Source of the DNA: Felis catus
Lineage: Eukaryota
Reading direction: 5' to 3'
Assembly (NCBI RefSeq): GCF_018350175.1
Contig: NC_058373.1
Span: forward strand, 115,694,001 to 115,758,000
Length of the DNA: 64,000 bases
This document shows, one piece after another, positions 41,800-53,987 of the stretch (positions are counted from its first letter, which is position 1; every line of letters starts with the position of its first letter). The notes under the pieces are model-generated. The model was not told the origin of the DNA, ran no database searches, and saw only the letters and a list, made by a program, of their open reading frames with translations. The translations under genes were made by a program, and so were the position numbers.

Positions 41800-44080
41800 T
41801 CCGTATGTTTCCAAGAGCATTATCTGAGAAGGAAAGGAGAAAATTATTAGTGTGTCCCTGGTACTTTAAAACCCTCTTCTGAATGTTGTTCCATAAAGAT
41901 TAGCAACATTTATCAGAGGATATAATCTACCTTGAAGATGTTATAGTAATTATGGGCTTTATGTAATAACATGCTGCTCTTTACATAATATTGCTACAAG
42001 GAAAAGTGGATGCATGACTTGAGTTCATTCCAGTAATTTTGCTACGCTTATGAGCACTCAATCTAATATTTTCTGTCTGCCTGACTCCAACTATGCCAAC
42101 AGGTTAATTAGTATATCTGACACACGACCGAAGATTTTATAATTTTATAATCCTTCCCAAACGCACACCATGTTGTGCTTACAATTAAATGGCCTTTGTC
42201 CACGGCCTAATTAGTATAATTGGACTTAACTCCGATTGGAATGCCTACCTCGCCGCCCGCAGCTTTAACCAAATTATTGTGTTTATGGACAAGGCGGCCA
42301 CGGAAAACAACCTGCACAAGGTCACGCAGCAAATCAAAGGAGTGGTGTGGATTCCAACTGAGGTCTAACTGGTTCCAAGGCCTAATCGTTCCATCGTTAT
42401 ACCAATGTCAACTTGCACTCCCTGGAGCAATGGAACAAAGTCCCCATTCTCAGGGCACTCGGTGTAGAAGGGAACACAGAACACAAAAGAGTATCATGTG
42501 AGCAGTACTGACACAAAGAACGACACAGCCATCGCTTTGGGAATCCCTACCATTTGGCAGGCGTTGGGCTGAATGCTTCATACATCCTTTGGTCAGCTAC
42601 GTGAAATACGAATCAAGTCCATTTCACAAACCAGGAGACTGACGCAGGGAGAGGCCGAAAATCGCACAATTATTAAGCAACCGCATCGAGTCCCCCGTGA
42701 CCGCAGTCCGCAGGCTTGGCCAGTACCCACACCGGGGTTAAAATCTGGCTCTGACGTACGTTAATTCTGTTACCTCCGGCAAGGGTCGCCCTCGACGCGG
42801 GCTGCCTTAAAACTCTCACTCCCCGGACCATCCCTCGAGCGCCAGGGTCCGGCTCTTCCGCCCGCTGCGACACCCGTTCCCTGCATCCGCCCGCCCACCT
42901 CTTCCTCACGTCTCTCTGCTCTCACCTCGCCACCTCCATCACCAACAAGGGGCCTCGCACCAGCGCGTGTGCAAACACGGCCGAGCCGTCCGACGCGGGC
43001 CCAGCGCGCCTCCCGGATCTCAGCAGCTCGGGCTCCCCCGCGACGAGGACGCCGTACACCGCCAGGCTGGCCCGCAGCCGCCGAGCTCGCCGTCTTCTCC
43101 GGACCGACCCCCGCCAGGCAAAAGCAATCGATCCCTCGCCACAAACTGGCGCCTCCGCCCGGAAGTGAAGCGGCCACGCTTTGGTTCCGGCGCCTTGGCC
43201 CGCAATTGGGATTTGGAGACCGGAATTGGGTTCGCTGTCGCGTTCAAACTGATCTGGAAAGGATACTTGACATACCCCAGACTAATTCTTAGAACACTCC
43301 CTTGCACATAGCCTCCGTGGATACTTGTGGGATGGAGAGCTTGCCGGCTTCATTTAAAAAGTAAAAATTTTTAAGTGCTATGAAAGGTTAGGTCGAATGG
43401 TAATCCGTGTAGTATCTTGCTATCATTGAGCTTTCGGTGGTAGTGCTTTTACTGCCAGATGGCCTGTAATCCAGTCACCTATGAGTATCTGTTTTCTCCT
43501 TCAGTAACCCTCCAGCACACCCTTCTGTGGGTCATCGGAAGGCTAACGGAACAGAGATGAGAAGATACCAAGGCTGGCAGTCCAACAGGCACAGGAACAT
43601 GTGCTTTCGGTAGCTTAGGAAGCAGCCCCCACATGTACCATTTGCCAGGGTGGGTCAGAGAAAGCCTCACCTATCAAGTGCTATTTGAGATGACATAATA
43701 GAACGCAAGTGGCACGGAATAACATTTCCCACGCTATCCCTGAAATCTTCCCATCTGTCCTTGCCTCTGTTTTGCCACTGAAATGTCCCTGGTTTAACCC
43801 TTTATCTTCCCACCTATTAAAGTAGCCCTTAAGTGGTCACCAGAGGAGAAAGTCCTGAACTCCTGCTTTTAGGGCTGCTCCAGTAACACTCATGTTCACA
43901 GGACTACAGGGTCAAATACGGGGTGGGGGAGAGGAAAGAAACTTCATTGTGGTTTTCAAGTCCATCTTTGACAATGCTGGACGTTATTTAAGATACAAAA
44001 GATGGTGGGATTCTTCTGCCCTTGCCTGCAGTGTTCATTCTGATTTTCTTAGCAAGGAATATCAATCAAGCCTTTTGTAC
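41800..44080 (-). pseudogene. Partial unprocessed duplicate of the COX16 5' region (upstream flank + promoter + degenerate exon 1 + most of intron 1)
   Basis: Colinear similarity by eye to about 61190-64000. 43382-43470 vs 63285-63373 is 74/89 identical without gaps. cctggtactttaaaaccctcttctgaatgttgttccataaagat (about 41857) matches cctggtattccaagtcctcttctgtatgttgttgaataaagat (about 61220). The exon-1 equivalent reads GTG TTT GCA CAC GCG CTG GTG CGA from 42978. Confidence 0.88.
42640..43250 (-). promoter_or_regulatory. CpG island / candidate promoter derived from the COX16 promoter duplicate
   Basis: Very high CpG density; CCGGAAGTG (ETS/GABP-type) at 43159-43167 overlapping GC box CTCCGCCC 43153-43160; minus-strand donor GAG|GTGAGA at 42926/42925. 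Confidence 0.75.
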
Positions 44081-44342
44081 TACGACTTTGAGGTCAAAGG
44101 CTGCCTTCCTGCCTGTAGCCCCTATTTACTCCATACTCCGTCTAGAGGAGACAGCATTCCCTGAGTATTCTGTGAACTTCCACAACTACAAAGTGCACCT
44201 CCAGGGAAACCCGGTTCAGGAAGCCTCTAGACGCCACAGGCAGTGTTGAATTAATCCCGCCTCAGCACCTGGGACTCATATATATCACAAAGTACTCATC
44301 ACAGTCTATTATTTTTAATGTATAAAGAGTGCCTTCACTATA

Positions 44343-44644
44343 CAGCTGACCTTTGAACAACACGGGGGCTTAGGGGTGCTGACCCCATGTAGTTGAAAAT
44401 CTGCATGTAACTTTTGCCACCCCTCCCCCACAAAAAAACTGAACTATCAATAGCCTACTGTTGACTGGAAGCCTTACCAATAACAAAGTCAATTAACGCA
44501 TATTTTATATGTGTATTATATACTGCATTCTTACAATAAAGAAAATGTTAAGTCATGAGAAAATATTTACAGTACTGTACTGTAAAAAACCAGCATAAAA
44601 GTGGACCCACACAGTTCAAACCCATATTGTTCAAGGATCAACGC
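44343..44644. mobile_element. Tigger-type MITE, opposite orientation to 24636-24954
   Basis: TIRs cagctgacctttgaacaa ... ttgttcaaggatcaacg; internal sequence is the reverse complement of the 24.6-kb copy. Confidence 0.85.
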
Positions 44645-47616
44645 ATGTAGGGATGTAAGGAACATGAAAAGAGGAGAGTACTACTGTTTGAATCTCCAAC
44701 ATCTATACAAGTCTCTAGTGTATGGCAAGTGCTTCATAAGTGTTCAATGAACGAATGATGATGTAAGTGATTTTAATAAAAGTCTTCTCTGCCGGTCCCT
44801 TTATCAAGTTGGTGCTGTGAAGGAGTTCTGTGGCACACTTCGTTCGTTCAAAAACACTTTCTCCCTTGGTTTGGAAGAAGAAGCAGCTGGAGTGAGCCAA
44901 AGAACTGAGCTGTTTTAAAGCTTCTGGCTCTGTGCTGCCCACTAGAGGAGCCTGAACTATACCAAGTGGAGCCTGTTTTAACATTCTTCATTGAATAAAC
45001 ATTTTTTAGCATGTGTTCACCTAGCACTGTTACAAATGTCAAAAACAGTGTCCCTGCTCTCAGGAGCTTGTATCCTCACACATAGTCACAAATGGAGATA
45101 TGCAGGCTTTATGACTTTTAGAAAAAAATAATGGTCCCTACCCGACCCTTTGAACTGCGAGTGAACAGGAAGGTTTGTTCAATTGGTAGTCAGGATAACT
45201 AAAGTTCGGCCCAGAATCATCTACTAATCACCTGGGTGACCTTGGGCAACTCGTCTCTTTTCCTCTGGCTTCATATTCCTCTTCTGTGAAATAAGGATCT
45301 TATTCAAAGATGGGTGATCTTTTGAGAAAATTTCACATTCTCTTATTCTGACACCTTAATAAATGCAGGCCCTACACCAATTGTAGGAGAAACGGAGGCT
45401 TTTAGCTGGCATAAACTGATGAAGCGTCTAGATTTTTTTCTAGCAAAGAGTAGGAGATGTTATTTTCTGGGGCCAACTGTGGCCTGAGTGCATGGATTGG
45501 CACTTGGCTATCTATGGGCTTCTCTGATCTTTACATACCAGAACTTAAGAGAAAGATCATGGTAAAAGCAACTAGCAAAGGAAAAGGGGGAAAGAGGGAA
45601 CAAGACAACTGTGGTGCTTCTTGATTTCCTTAATGGGAAAGGAAGGAAGCAGATAGGGGACCGAAGGCTGCCCTTGGGGCCTTCACAATATTGTAAAGTC
45701 CAAGGAACTGCTTAGGAGTGGACACCTTTACACCACTTTTTCAAGATGTTTTCCCTGTGTGCTTCCCAATATACTTAGTCTGCTCGCCCAGGCCCTTCCC
45801 ACAAAAATCACCAAACAAGCCTGAAGAACCTCCCTGCTGGGCCTTTGTTGGTGAAGAGCTGGGATTTCCGAAAGTGGGGTGTTTTCTCACACACGGTGTC
45901 CAGTGTAGGATTTGGGAGTTTCTTTTCTTGTTCCCCAATGCCTGAGGAAAACTTGATTTGCCCAGAAGAAATTCTCTAGATCAAGGAAAAGGTGATGTGC
46001 AAGGACATCATCCCTTTATGGCACAGGACTAAACATGCCCCCCGGCGATGACATGGACTGGTGACTCATGCTGCTGAGGGCAGACCTCAGAGCCACCTGC
46101 CAGGGCCACTGTCCCAGATGGTCCCTCCCCACTCAGGGGCCCACCATGTGCGTCTGGGTATGTGTACATGTGTCTGTGGGGAGCAGGATGTTTGTGAAGC
46201 AGCAGGTGCAACGGCCCAGCAGGAAGCTTTGATTATTACTGCCTGCAGGCATCTGATGCTCAGGAGCCCTGGTTTCTGGTGTCAAGGTTTATGTTGGCAA
46301 GAAAAGGGAGGTGAGAAAAAAATAGGAGAAAGCGGAGCACAAAGCATGAAGGCAGAGGGAATAGCTGTAGAAAGGGAGTAGAGCCCAGCTGGTTGGCAGC
46401 TCCTCAGGAACACCAGATGTGGAAGATTTTCTCGTCTGTGCTTTGTTAGGACTCCTGGTTGTGGAGTGCAGGGTTTACGCGGTTCTGATGCGCTGAAGGC
46501 GTCTGCAGGTCCTTGGGGAGCCAACTCTGCACACAGAGGACACAAGTAGCTCAGGCGGCCGAGGCGATTCGCCCAGCCTGGAATCTCTTGGCCTCACGGG
46601 ATCTAAAGGGAGAATGCAGAGGGAGAACAGTCAGGATTCAGGATTATGGGACCCCTGTAGAGAGAGCAGCCCTACGCCCGGGGCTGGGCTTCACTGAGTC
46701 AGAGCTGCCAAATTCAGTCTTGTGTGGTCTTAGCACGCCCTCTGCTGGCGTTAGGCAGTGACTCTAAGGCTTTCTCACACCGGGATGCTGGATGGGAGCA
46801 TCACAGACGTCTCATGCCTCTCAACCCTGTCGTCCTCGAATCTAGTCTCCACTCTCACAGTCTAAAAAATCCCACTGCAGAAATCTGTCGTCCACTTTCC
46901 CCCTATCATTTGCTGAGGCATCTAGAAGGTTTAAACATTGTTTAAGGGTCAAAAGGCAGAAAACCAGTTTCAAAAAAAAGTTTTTAATGAATTATTTGAA
47001 GCCATGACTTCAGACAGAATGTCTATCATCTGTAAGCAAACCATTTTTCATCTACTGGCCAATGATAGTACCAACCACTCCTTTATCACCTATCTTCTCT
47101 GCCTGTTTCTCTACTGAGTGCCTCGCATACTTCACTAGGTTAACTGGCTGAGACAACTACAAAACTCCCAATTCACAGGCAAGTTAACGGAGACTGAAGT
47201 GGGTTATGTAATCTGTGTAAGATTTGTAATCTGTTTGTCATGTTTGTAATCTGACAAACTGACAAGATTCCAGTTCAAGTCTATCAGTTTGTGTATTTTC
47301 CCACTGAACTTTGCTGTGTGCAGAAGGGACATAGATCATGCAGATCTTTCCACACAGGACTGTTACTGATAGATGTCTGTGCAATGTTATTAAAATACTA
47401 TTTTAGATGTGACATTTTGTGAAGAACTTCGTTATTACTAATAATTGTTACCTATTTAATAGCTAACATCTGTCGAGTACTTTCTCTATGCCATTGTTCT
47501 AAGCTTTACATAACTAACACATCAACTCTATGGTGTTGCTACTGTTATTCCCATTTTCCACATGAGGAAACAGGGCCACCAAGTAAATATTTTTCCCAAG
47601 ACTATACGTGTATATT

Positions 47617-47837
47617 TTTTTTAAATTTTTTTTTCAATGTTTATTTATTTTTGGGACAGAGAGAGACAGAGCATGAACAGGGGAGGGGCAGAGAGAGAGG
47701 GAGACACAGAATCGGAAACAGGCTCCAGGCTCTGAGCCATCAGCCCAGAGCCCGACGCGGGGCTCGAACTCACGGACCATGAGATCGTGACCTGGCTGAA
47801 GTCGGACGCTTAACCGACTGCGCCACCCAGGCGCCCC
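47617..47837 (-). mobile_element. Young SINEC_Fc
   Basis: Consensus-like and CpG-intact; TSD tatacgtgtatattt. Confidence 0.93.
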
Positions 47838-47899
47838 TATACGTGTATATTTAAATTATAGAATGTAACGTTCCTCACTATGGTTCCTCACTAGTTCCC

Positions 47900-50800
47900 T
47901 GTGGCAGAAAAGAGCTTATTTTCTGTCAAGTGGTTTTCTGCATCTTGATAGGATTATGTGGTTTTTACTCTTAATCTAGTGATGTGGTATTACGTACTAA
48001 TTTTTTAATGTTGTCAATCTTGCATTCCTGAGATAAACCTCACTTGATCATGATGTATAACTGTGTTATTGGATTCGCATGCTCATATTGAGAGTTTTTA
48101 CATCTACATTCACAGGAGGTATTGGTCAGTTAACTTTCTCGTTATGTCTTTGCCTGGTATTTTTATCAGGATACTAGTTTCATAAAATGAGTTAGGAAAT
48201 GTTCCATTCTCTTCTACTTTTTTGGAAACGTTTGTAAAGAATTGGCATTTGTTCTTCTTTTGAATATTTGGTAGAATTCACAACAAAGCCATCCGGGTTT
48301 GGGTTTTTCTTTGTGGGTATTTTTTTTAAAAACCAATTCAGTACCTTGTTATAGGTCTATTCAGATTTATATTCCTTCTTGAATCAGTTTTGGTAGTTTG
48401 TGTCTTTCTAGGAATTTATTTAACCTAAATTACCTAACTCATTGGCATAGAATTGCTTATAGCATTCCCTTAACGTTTTTTTAACTTTTAATTTCTGTAA
48501 GGTTGCTAGTAATGTCCCCCTTACATTCCTGACTTTAATAATTTGAGTGTTGTTTCTTTTTTTATTATTTTTTTAATTAAAAAAATTTTTTTTTTCGACT
48601 TTTATTTTTGAGACAGAGAGAGACAGAGCATGAACGGGGGAGGGGCAGAGAGAGAGGGAGGCTCCAGGCTCTGAGCCATCAGCCCAGAGCCTGATGCGGG
48701 GCTCGAACTCACGGACCGCGAGATCGTGACCTGGCTGAAGTCGGACGCTTAACCGACTGCGCCACCCAGGCGCCCTGTTTCTTTTTTTTATTTTAATCAA
48801 TCTAAAGGCTTGTCAATTTTGTTGCTCTTAAAAAAAAAAAAAAGAACCTTTGGTTTCATGGATTTCTCTATTGTGTTTCTGTTCTCTTCCGTTTACTTCT
48901 TTCTAATCTTTATTTACTTTCTGTTTGCTTTAGGTTTTGTTCGCTCTTCTTTTTCAAGTGTGTTAAGGTGAAAGGTTAAGTCACTAATTTGAGATCTTTT
49001 CTTGACATAGGTGTCTATAGCTACACATTTCAATCTAAGTGCTGTTTTGAAGCATCCCATAGTTTTGGTATGTTGTATCTTCATTTGGATTCACCTCAAA
49101 GTATTTATTATTTCCGTTTTGATTTCTTCTCCAACCAGTTGGGACATTCAATTACACTTCATTTTCATATACATGTAAATTTCCAAAATTTTCTCTATAG
49201 TTGATTTCTTACAGTCCTAGAACATGTTTGAAATTAGTATGATTGAAATCCTTTTAAATTTATTGAGGCTTGTTTTATGGCAAAATGTTTATCCTGGAGA
49301 ATGTTTCATGCGCACCTGAAAAGAATGTCTTCTTCTCTCGTTGGGTAATCCATAGATGTCAGGTCAAGTTGGTTTACAGTGTTGTTCAAGTTTTCTATTA
49401 ACGTAGATAGATGGTCTTCTGCCTAGTTGTTCTATCCATTATTAAAGGTGGAGTACTTAGGTCTCCCACTGTAATTATAAAATTGCCTTTTTCTACATTT
49501 TTGCTTCTTATATTATTGGAATGTGTTGTCAGTTGTATATGTGTTTTATAATCGTTATATCTTGACTATTGACCATTTATCATTATAAAATGTTCTTCTT
49601 TGTCTCTTGGAATAATTTTTGCCTCAAAGTATACTTTTTCTGATATTAGACAGCCAAAGCAGCTCTCTTTGGTTACTATTTGCATGGTATACATTTTTCC
49701 ATCCTTATACTCTGAACTTACAGTTTCTCTGAATCTAAAGTGAGCCTCTTGTAGACAGCATGCAACTGGATCATGTTTTTTTATCCATTCTGTCAATCTC
49801 TGCTTTTAAATTTGTGAATATAATTATTTTATACTTAATGTAAATTGATAGGGGCACCTGGATGGCTCAGTTGGTTAAGCATCCAACTTCAGCTCAGGTC
49901 ATGATTTCACGGTTTGTGGGTTGAAGCCCCACATCAGGCTCTGTGCTGACAACTCAGAGCCTGGAACCTGCTTCGGATTCTGTGTCTCCCTCTCTATCTG
50001 CCCCCCTCCCTCTCCGCCCCCCCCCCCCCCGCCCATGCTCTCTCTCTCTCAAAAATAAACATTAAAAATTTCATTAATGTAAATTGGTAAGTACCCTTTC
50101 ATCTATTTTTACTATTTTCTACCTGTCTTTTGTATTTGTTTCTTTTGTATTAGGCAGATATTTTCTAGTGTAACATTTAATACCTTTTATGATTTTTAAC
50201 TACATTTTTGAGTGATTTTCTTAAAGCTTACTCTAGGGCTTACAATATACATATTACTTACCAGAATCTACTTTAGATTCATACTAACTTAATTCCAGTA
50301 AGATATAAAAACTTTCTTCCTATTTACCCTGATCTTTCCCTACTTTCTTGGTGCTATTATTTTTATACATATTATAGCTATGCGTTTCACAAACCCAACA
50401 AACGTTATAATTATTGATTTATGCTCTTCTATGTATTTGGAAGAAGTTTTAAAAAATTATTTATAAACTTAAATACTAGCCTTCTTATTTATCATGTTTG
50501 GTTCTCTTCTTTGCTTCATGTGGATTCAGTTATCTGGTATCATTTCCTTGCCCCAATAAAGCTTCATTCCCACTCCATTCTTTTACTGTATTATTGTCTA
50601 ATATATTACATTTCTATAGGTAGACCTCAAAATACATTTTATAGAAAGGGTTCTACTTGTTCTTAAACAAATTAAGAAGGGGAAAAATTGTAATTGTACT
50701 TTTTTTTAAGTTTATGTATTTATTTTGAGAGGTGGGAGGGGCAGAGAGAAAGAAAGAAAGAGAATCCCAAGCAGGCTCCATGCTGTCAGCACAGAGTCTG

Positions 50801-52480
50801 ATGTGGGGCTCGGACTCACAAACCGTGAGATCATGACCTGAGCCAAAATCAACAGTCGGATACTTAAGCAACTGAGCCACCCAGGTGCCCCTGTAGTTGT
50901 ACTTCGTAAAAAATAATTACCCAATTACCTTTATCAGTGCTCTTTTGTCATTTCTTATGGATTTAATTACTTTCTGGTATCATTTCCCTCTCTCTTTCCT
51001 CAGTCATGTCTATTCTTTTTTTTTTTCTTTAGTCATGTCTATTCCATTGATGACCCCATCAAAGGCATTTCTGTTACACAGTTTTTGATTTCTAGAATTT
51101 CCCTTTAATTCTTAAAACTTCCATCTCACTGCTTACATTACCCATCTGTTCTTGCATGTTGTGTATTTTTCCCATCAGAACTCTAAACATCTTAATTATA
51201 GTTATTTTAAAGTATCGGTCTGATAAATCCAATATTCCTACCATATATGAATCTGATTATAATGCTTGGCCTTTTCAAACTGTGCCTTTTGTATTTTAGT
51301 ATGCCTTGTAGTTTCTTTGTTCAAAGTTGGACATGATATCCAGTTGGACTGGGTAAAAGAAACTCCAGTGAAGAGCCTTTAGGGATGTGGTGGTAATGTG
51401 AAGGGGGAAGGGAACATTCTATAATCTTATGATTAGGTCTCAGTCTTCTAGTCATCGTGGTCCCACATGACCTTCACGACTACTTTTCAGTCTTCCTCCC
51501 CACATCCTCACCCCATTTAGGTGAACAGGAAGGCTAGAAGGGGCTGATGTTGGGTATTTCCCTTACCCCAGAGTTGGTAAGACTTTGGTAAAATCCAGTG
51601 TGATTAGTCTCTAGCAAAAGTCTCCTTTGAGGCCAGGCTTTTGTTAAAGAGAACAAAATTTAGGGGACATATTTCAGAATAGTTAATTTTTCCTCCCCCT
51701 ACTGAAATCACAAGATTTTCCTCTAATATTCACTGTAAGAACCTGGTGGGGCCCCAGGAAGTAAACCTCATAAAAGTGTGCCCCTGGCCTGGTCTCTAGG
51801 AGTTTTTAACTCAAATTAGTCCATGCTCAGTCTCCAGTAATTAGGCAATTGCCCTTTAAGCATTCCTACCTGATGTGGCTTCCAGGTGGTTTCTCCTCCA
51901 GGTAACCTGTGATCCTCTGTATTTGCGTGTCTCAAATTTTCCATTGGTGGTTTTGTTCTGTGTCCTCAATTCTCTCATGGATCAAAGAATAGTTGTTGAT
52001 TTTCAGTTTTTTCAGCTTATCCTTTGTGTGAGGATGGGAAGTGTGACTTCCAAGGTTCCTATCTATTGGACCGGAAACTGAAGTCCCCTATGCAGTTTTT
52101 AAAGAAACTGCCAAAGAATTTTCCAGACCACTTGTACCATTTTACATTATACCAGCAATGTGTTTGAGATCTAGTTTCTCCACATCTTTGCCAGCATTTG
52201 GAATTGTCCCTTTTTTATTTTAGCTGTTCTAATAAATGTGTAGTGATTTCTCAGTGTAGTCTAAATTTGTATTTCCCTAATGACTAGTGATGTCAATCAT
52301 TCTTTTCAGGTGCCTGTTTGCCATTCATATACCCTCTCCAGTGAAATGTCACTTTATGTCTTTTGACCATTTTCTGATTGGATTGTTTGCTTTTTTACAA
52401 TTGAGTTTTTGGAGCTCTTTATATATTCTAGATATGAGTCTTTTAGCAGATATGTGGTCGACAAATATTTTCTCTCAGTC
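47900..52480 (-). mobile_element. Old L1 block(s) with SINECs at about 48557-48775, 49850-50068 and 50700-50891
   Basis: ORF 49566..49796 (EWIKKHDPVACCLQEAHF...RDKEEHFIMING) is L1 ORF2 endonuclease; long antisense L1 text. Confidence 0.8.
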
Positions 52481-52795
52481 TGGAGAGGTATTTTCTTAAC
52501 ATGTTCTAATGGTATCAATGCAATCATCAGGTTAAGACTTTGGAGACTGATTAGTAATATTATAAGCAAAACCAAAACTCTTATCAGCCTGTGATCAGTA
52601 TTATTTTTCTACATAGGTTTGACATAAAATCACTGTGTGATGTTACTTTGACTTTTATCAAAAGTATCTGTCATCACATTGCTCGCATCCAGGCTTCTGC
52701 AGGTCTGAGATTTTCTTCCCACTGAATATGTAGCAAGAATTCCAGTGGATGGCATTTTTGTCAAAAAGAAAAAAAGAAAGAAAGAAAGAATCCAC

Positions 52796-52918
52796 TTAGG
52801 TTGTCTTAGTCTTAGTCTTAAGGATTTCTGGATTTCGTCCTTGGAGGAGGTCAGGATCTTCCCAAGGCCTGGGTCCTCGAATATTCTTCCAGTCATCAAA
52901 AGTGGAGTCCTTTATTTT
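52796..52918 (-). CDS. COX16: COX16 coding exon 4 ([40 protein letters not shown])
   Basis: TAG acceptor at 52919-52921, 40 codons plus TAA at 52798-52796; conserved COX16 motif [13 protein letters not shown]. Total protein 108 aa. Confidence 0.97.
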   Translation of the reverse strand, partial: KIKDSTFDDWKNIRGPRPWEDPDLLQGRNPEILKTKTKTT

Positions 52919-53072
52919 CTATAAAGCCACAAAAATTAAAGCATATATATTAGTGTAGGAGGCATGTAGCTTTGATTAGGACATCACTGATTCATCAATG
53001 AATAAATGAGTGGAAAAAATCCAATTTTAGCAAATAAATCAACTGCATATCACGCATAATAATTGAAATGGC

Positions 53073-53303
53073 GGGGCGCCTGGGTGGCGCAGTCGGTTAA
53101 GGGTCCGACTTCAGCCAGGTCACGATCTCGCGGTCCGTGAGTTCGAGCCCCGCGTCGGGCTCTGGGCTGATGGCTCAGAGCCTGGAGCCTGTTTCCGATT
53201 CTGTGTCTCCCTCTCTCTCTGCCCCTCCCCTGTGCATGCTTTGTCTCTCTCTGTCCCAAAAATAAATAAAAACGTTTAAAAAAAATTAAAAAAAAAAAAA
53301 AAA
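53073..53303 (+). mobile_element. Young SINEC_Fc in COX16 intron 3 (antisense to gene)
   Basis: Consensus-like head, long A tail, TSD gaaatggc. Confidence 0.93.
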
Positions 53304-53987
53304 GAAATGGCATATCTCTTAGGGTTTGGAAGTTTTCTTGCTTGCTAGTCATGTTAATTAGACTATCTTTCCCCCCCATCAGAATAAAATTATCAAATTA
53401 TAGAGGGTCTACATGCTTTATTTCTGAGAATACAAAGAAAGGGAAGAAGCTGGGAAAACAAAAATCCAACTCCAAAGGTTAAACGAACATAATAATGACT
53501 AGCATGGGTTAGCATGGGTAATGGTAGTAAGTAAGAGGGGAAAAACAAAGGTAGAGACCCTAATGCCTGCTAGAAGGAAGAAAAAAGGCCAAGATGATTT
53601 GTCCCGCACGTGAGAAATGAGCCTGAGCCAGAGAATGAAAAGACATTCCCCAGAGCTGCCATGAGCCAATCCCTTTCAGTCAGTAAAACCTAGTTTCAAC
53701 CAGTCTGGATCACTGTACCTTCAGTGAGTGTGAAGTATCTCTCAGCACAGAGGTAGGATAAAGGGAAGAATGTAAAGGTTTCTTCACCCTTCAACACCAC
53801 TCTGACAAGTTTTCTACAACTGCTTTACCTGTTCTTGAATTACTGCTGAAATAATATAGAAAAAGAGACTCACAGAACACAGAATAGCTTATATCCAAAG
53901 ATAAGGAAAATGACGTAAATTTACATGGACCCTTGTAACAAAAATAAAAAGGAGCATTTCTCTTTTACTAAGAAGCTGTATAACCCT

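Noticed and set aside
42770..43311. Overlapping 95-135 aa ORFs on both strands in the 43-kb CpG island
   Set aside because: Ala/Gly/Arg/Pro-rich ORFs are expected from high GC; no recognisable domain.
46029..46211. Minus-strand ORF with GPLSGEGPSG, vaguely like the SYNJ2BP last exon (GPIGHRGEGDPSG)
   Set aside because: Similarity is limited to a few G/P residues and the following hydrophobic TM segment is absent.
52490..52795. COX16 polyadenylation site
   Set aside because: Only variant hexamers (GATAAA, AATAAT) seen in the proximal 3' UTR, so the 3' end cannot be fixed from sequence alone.
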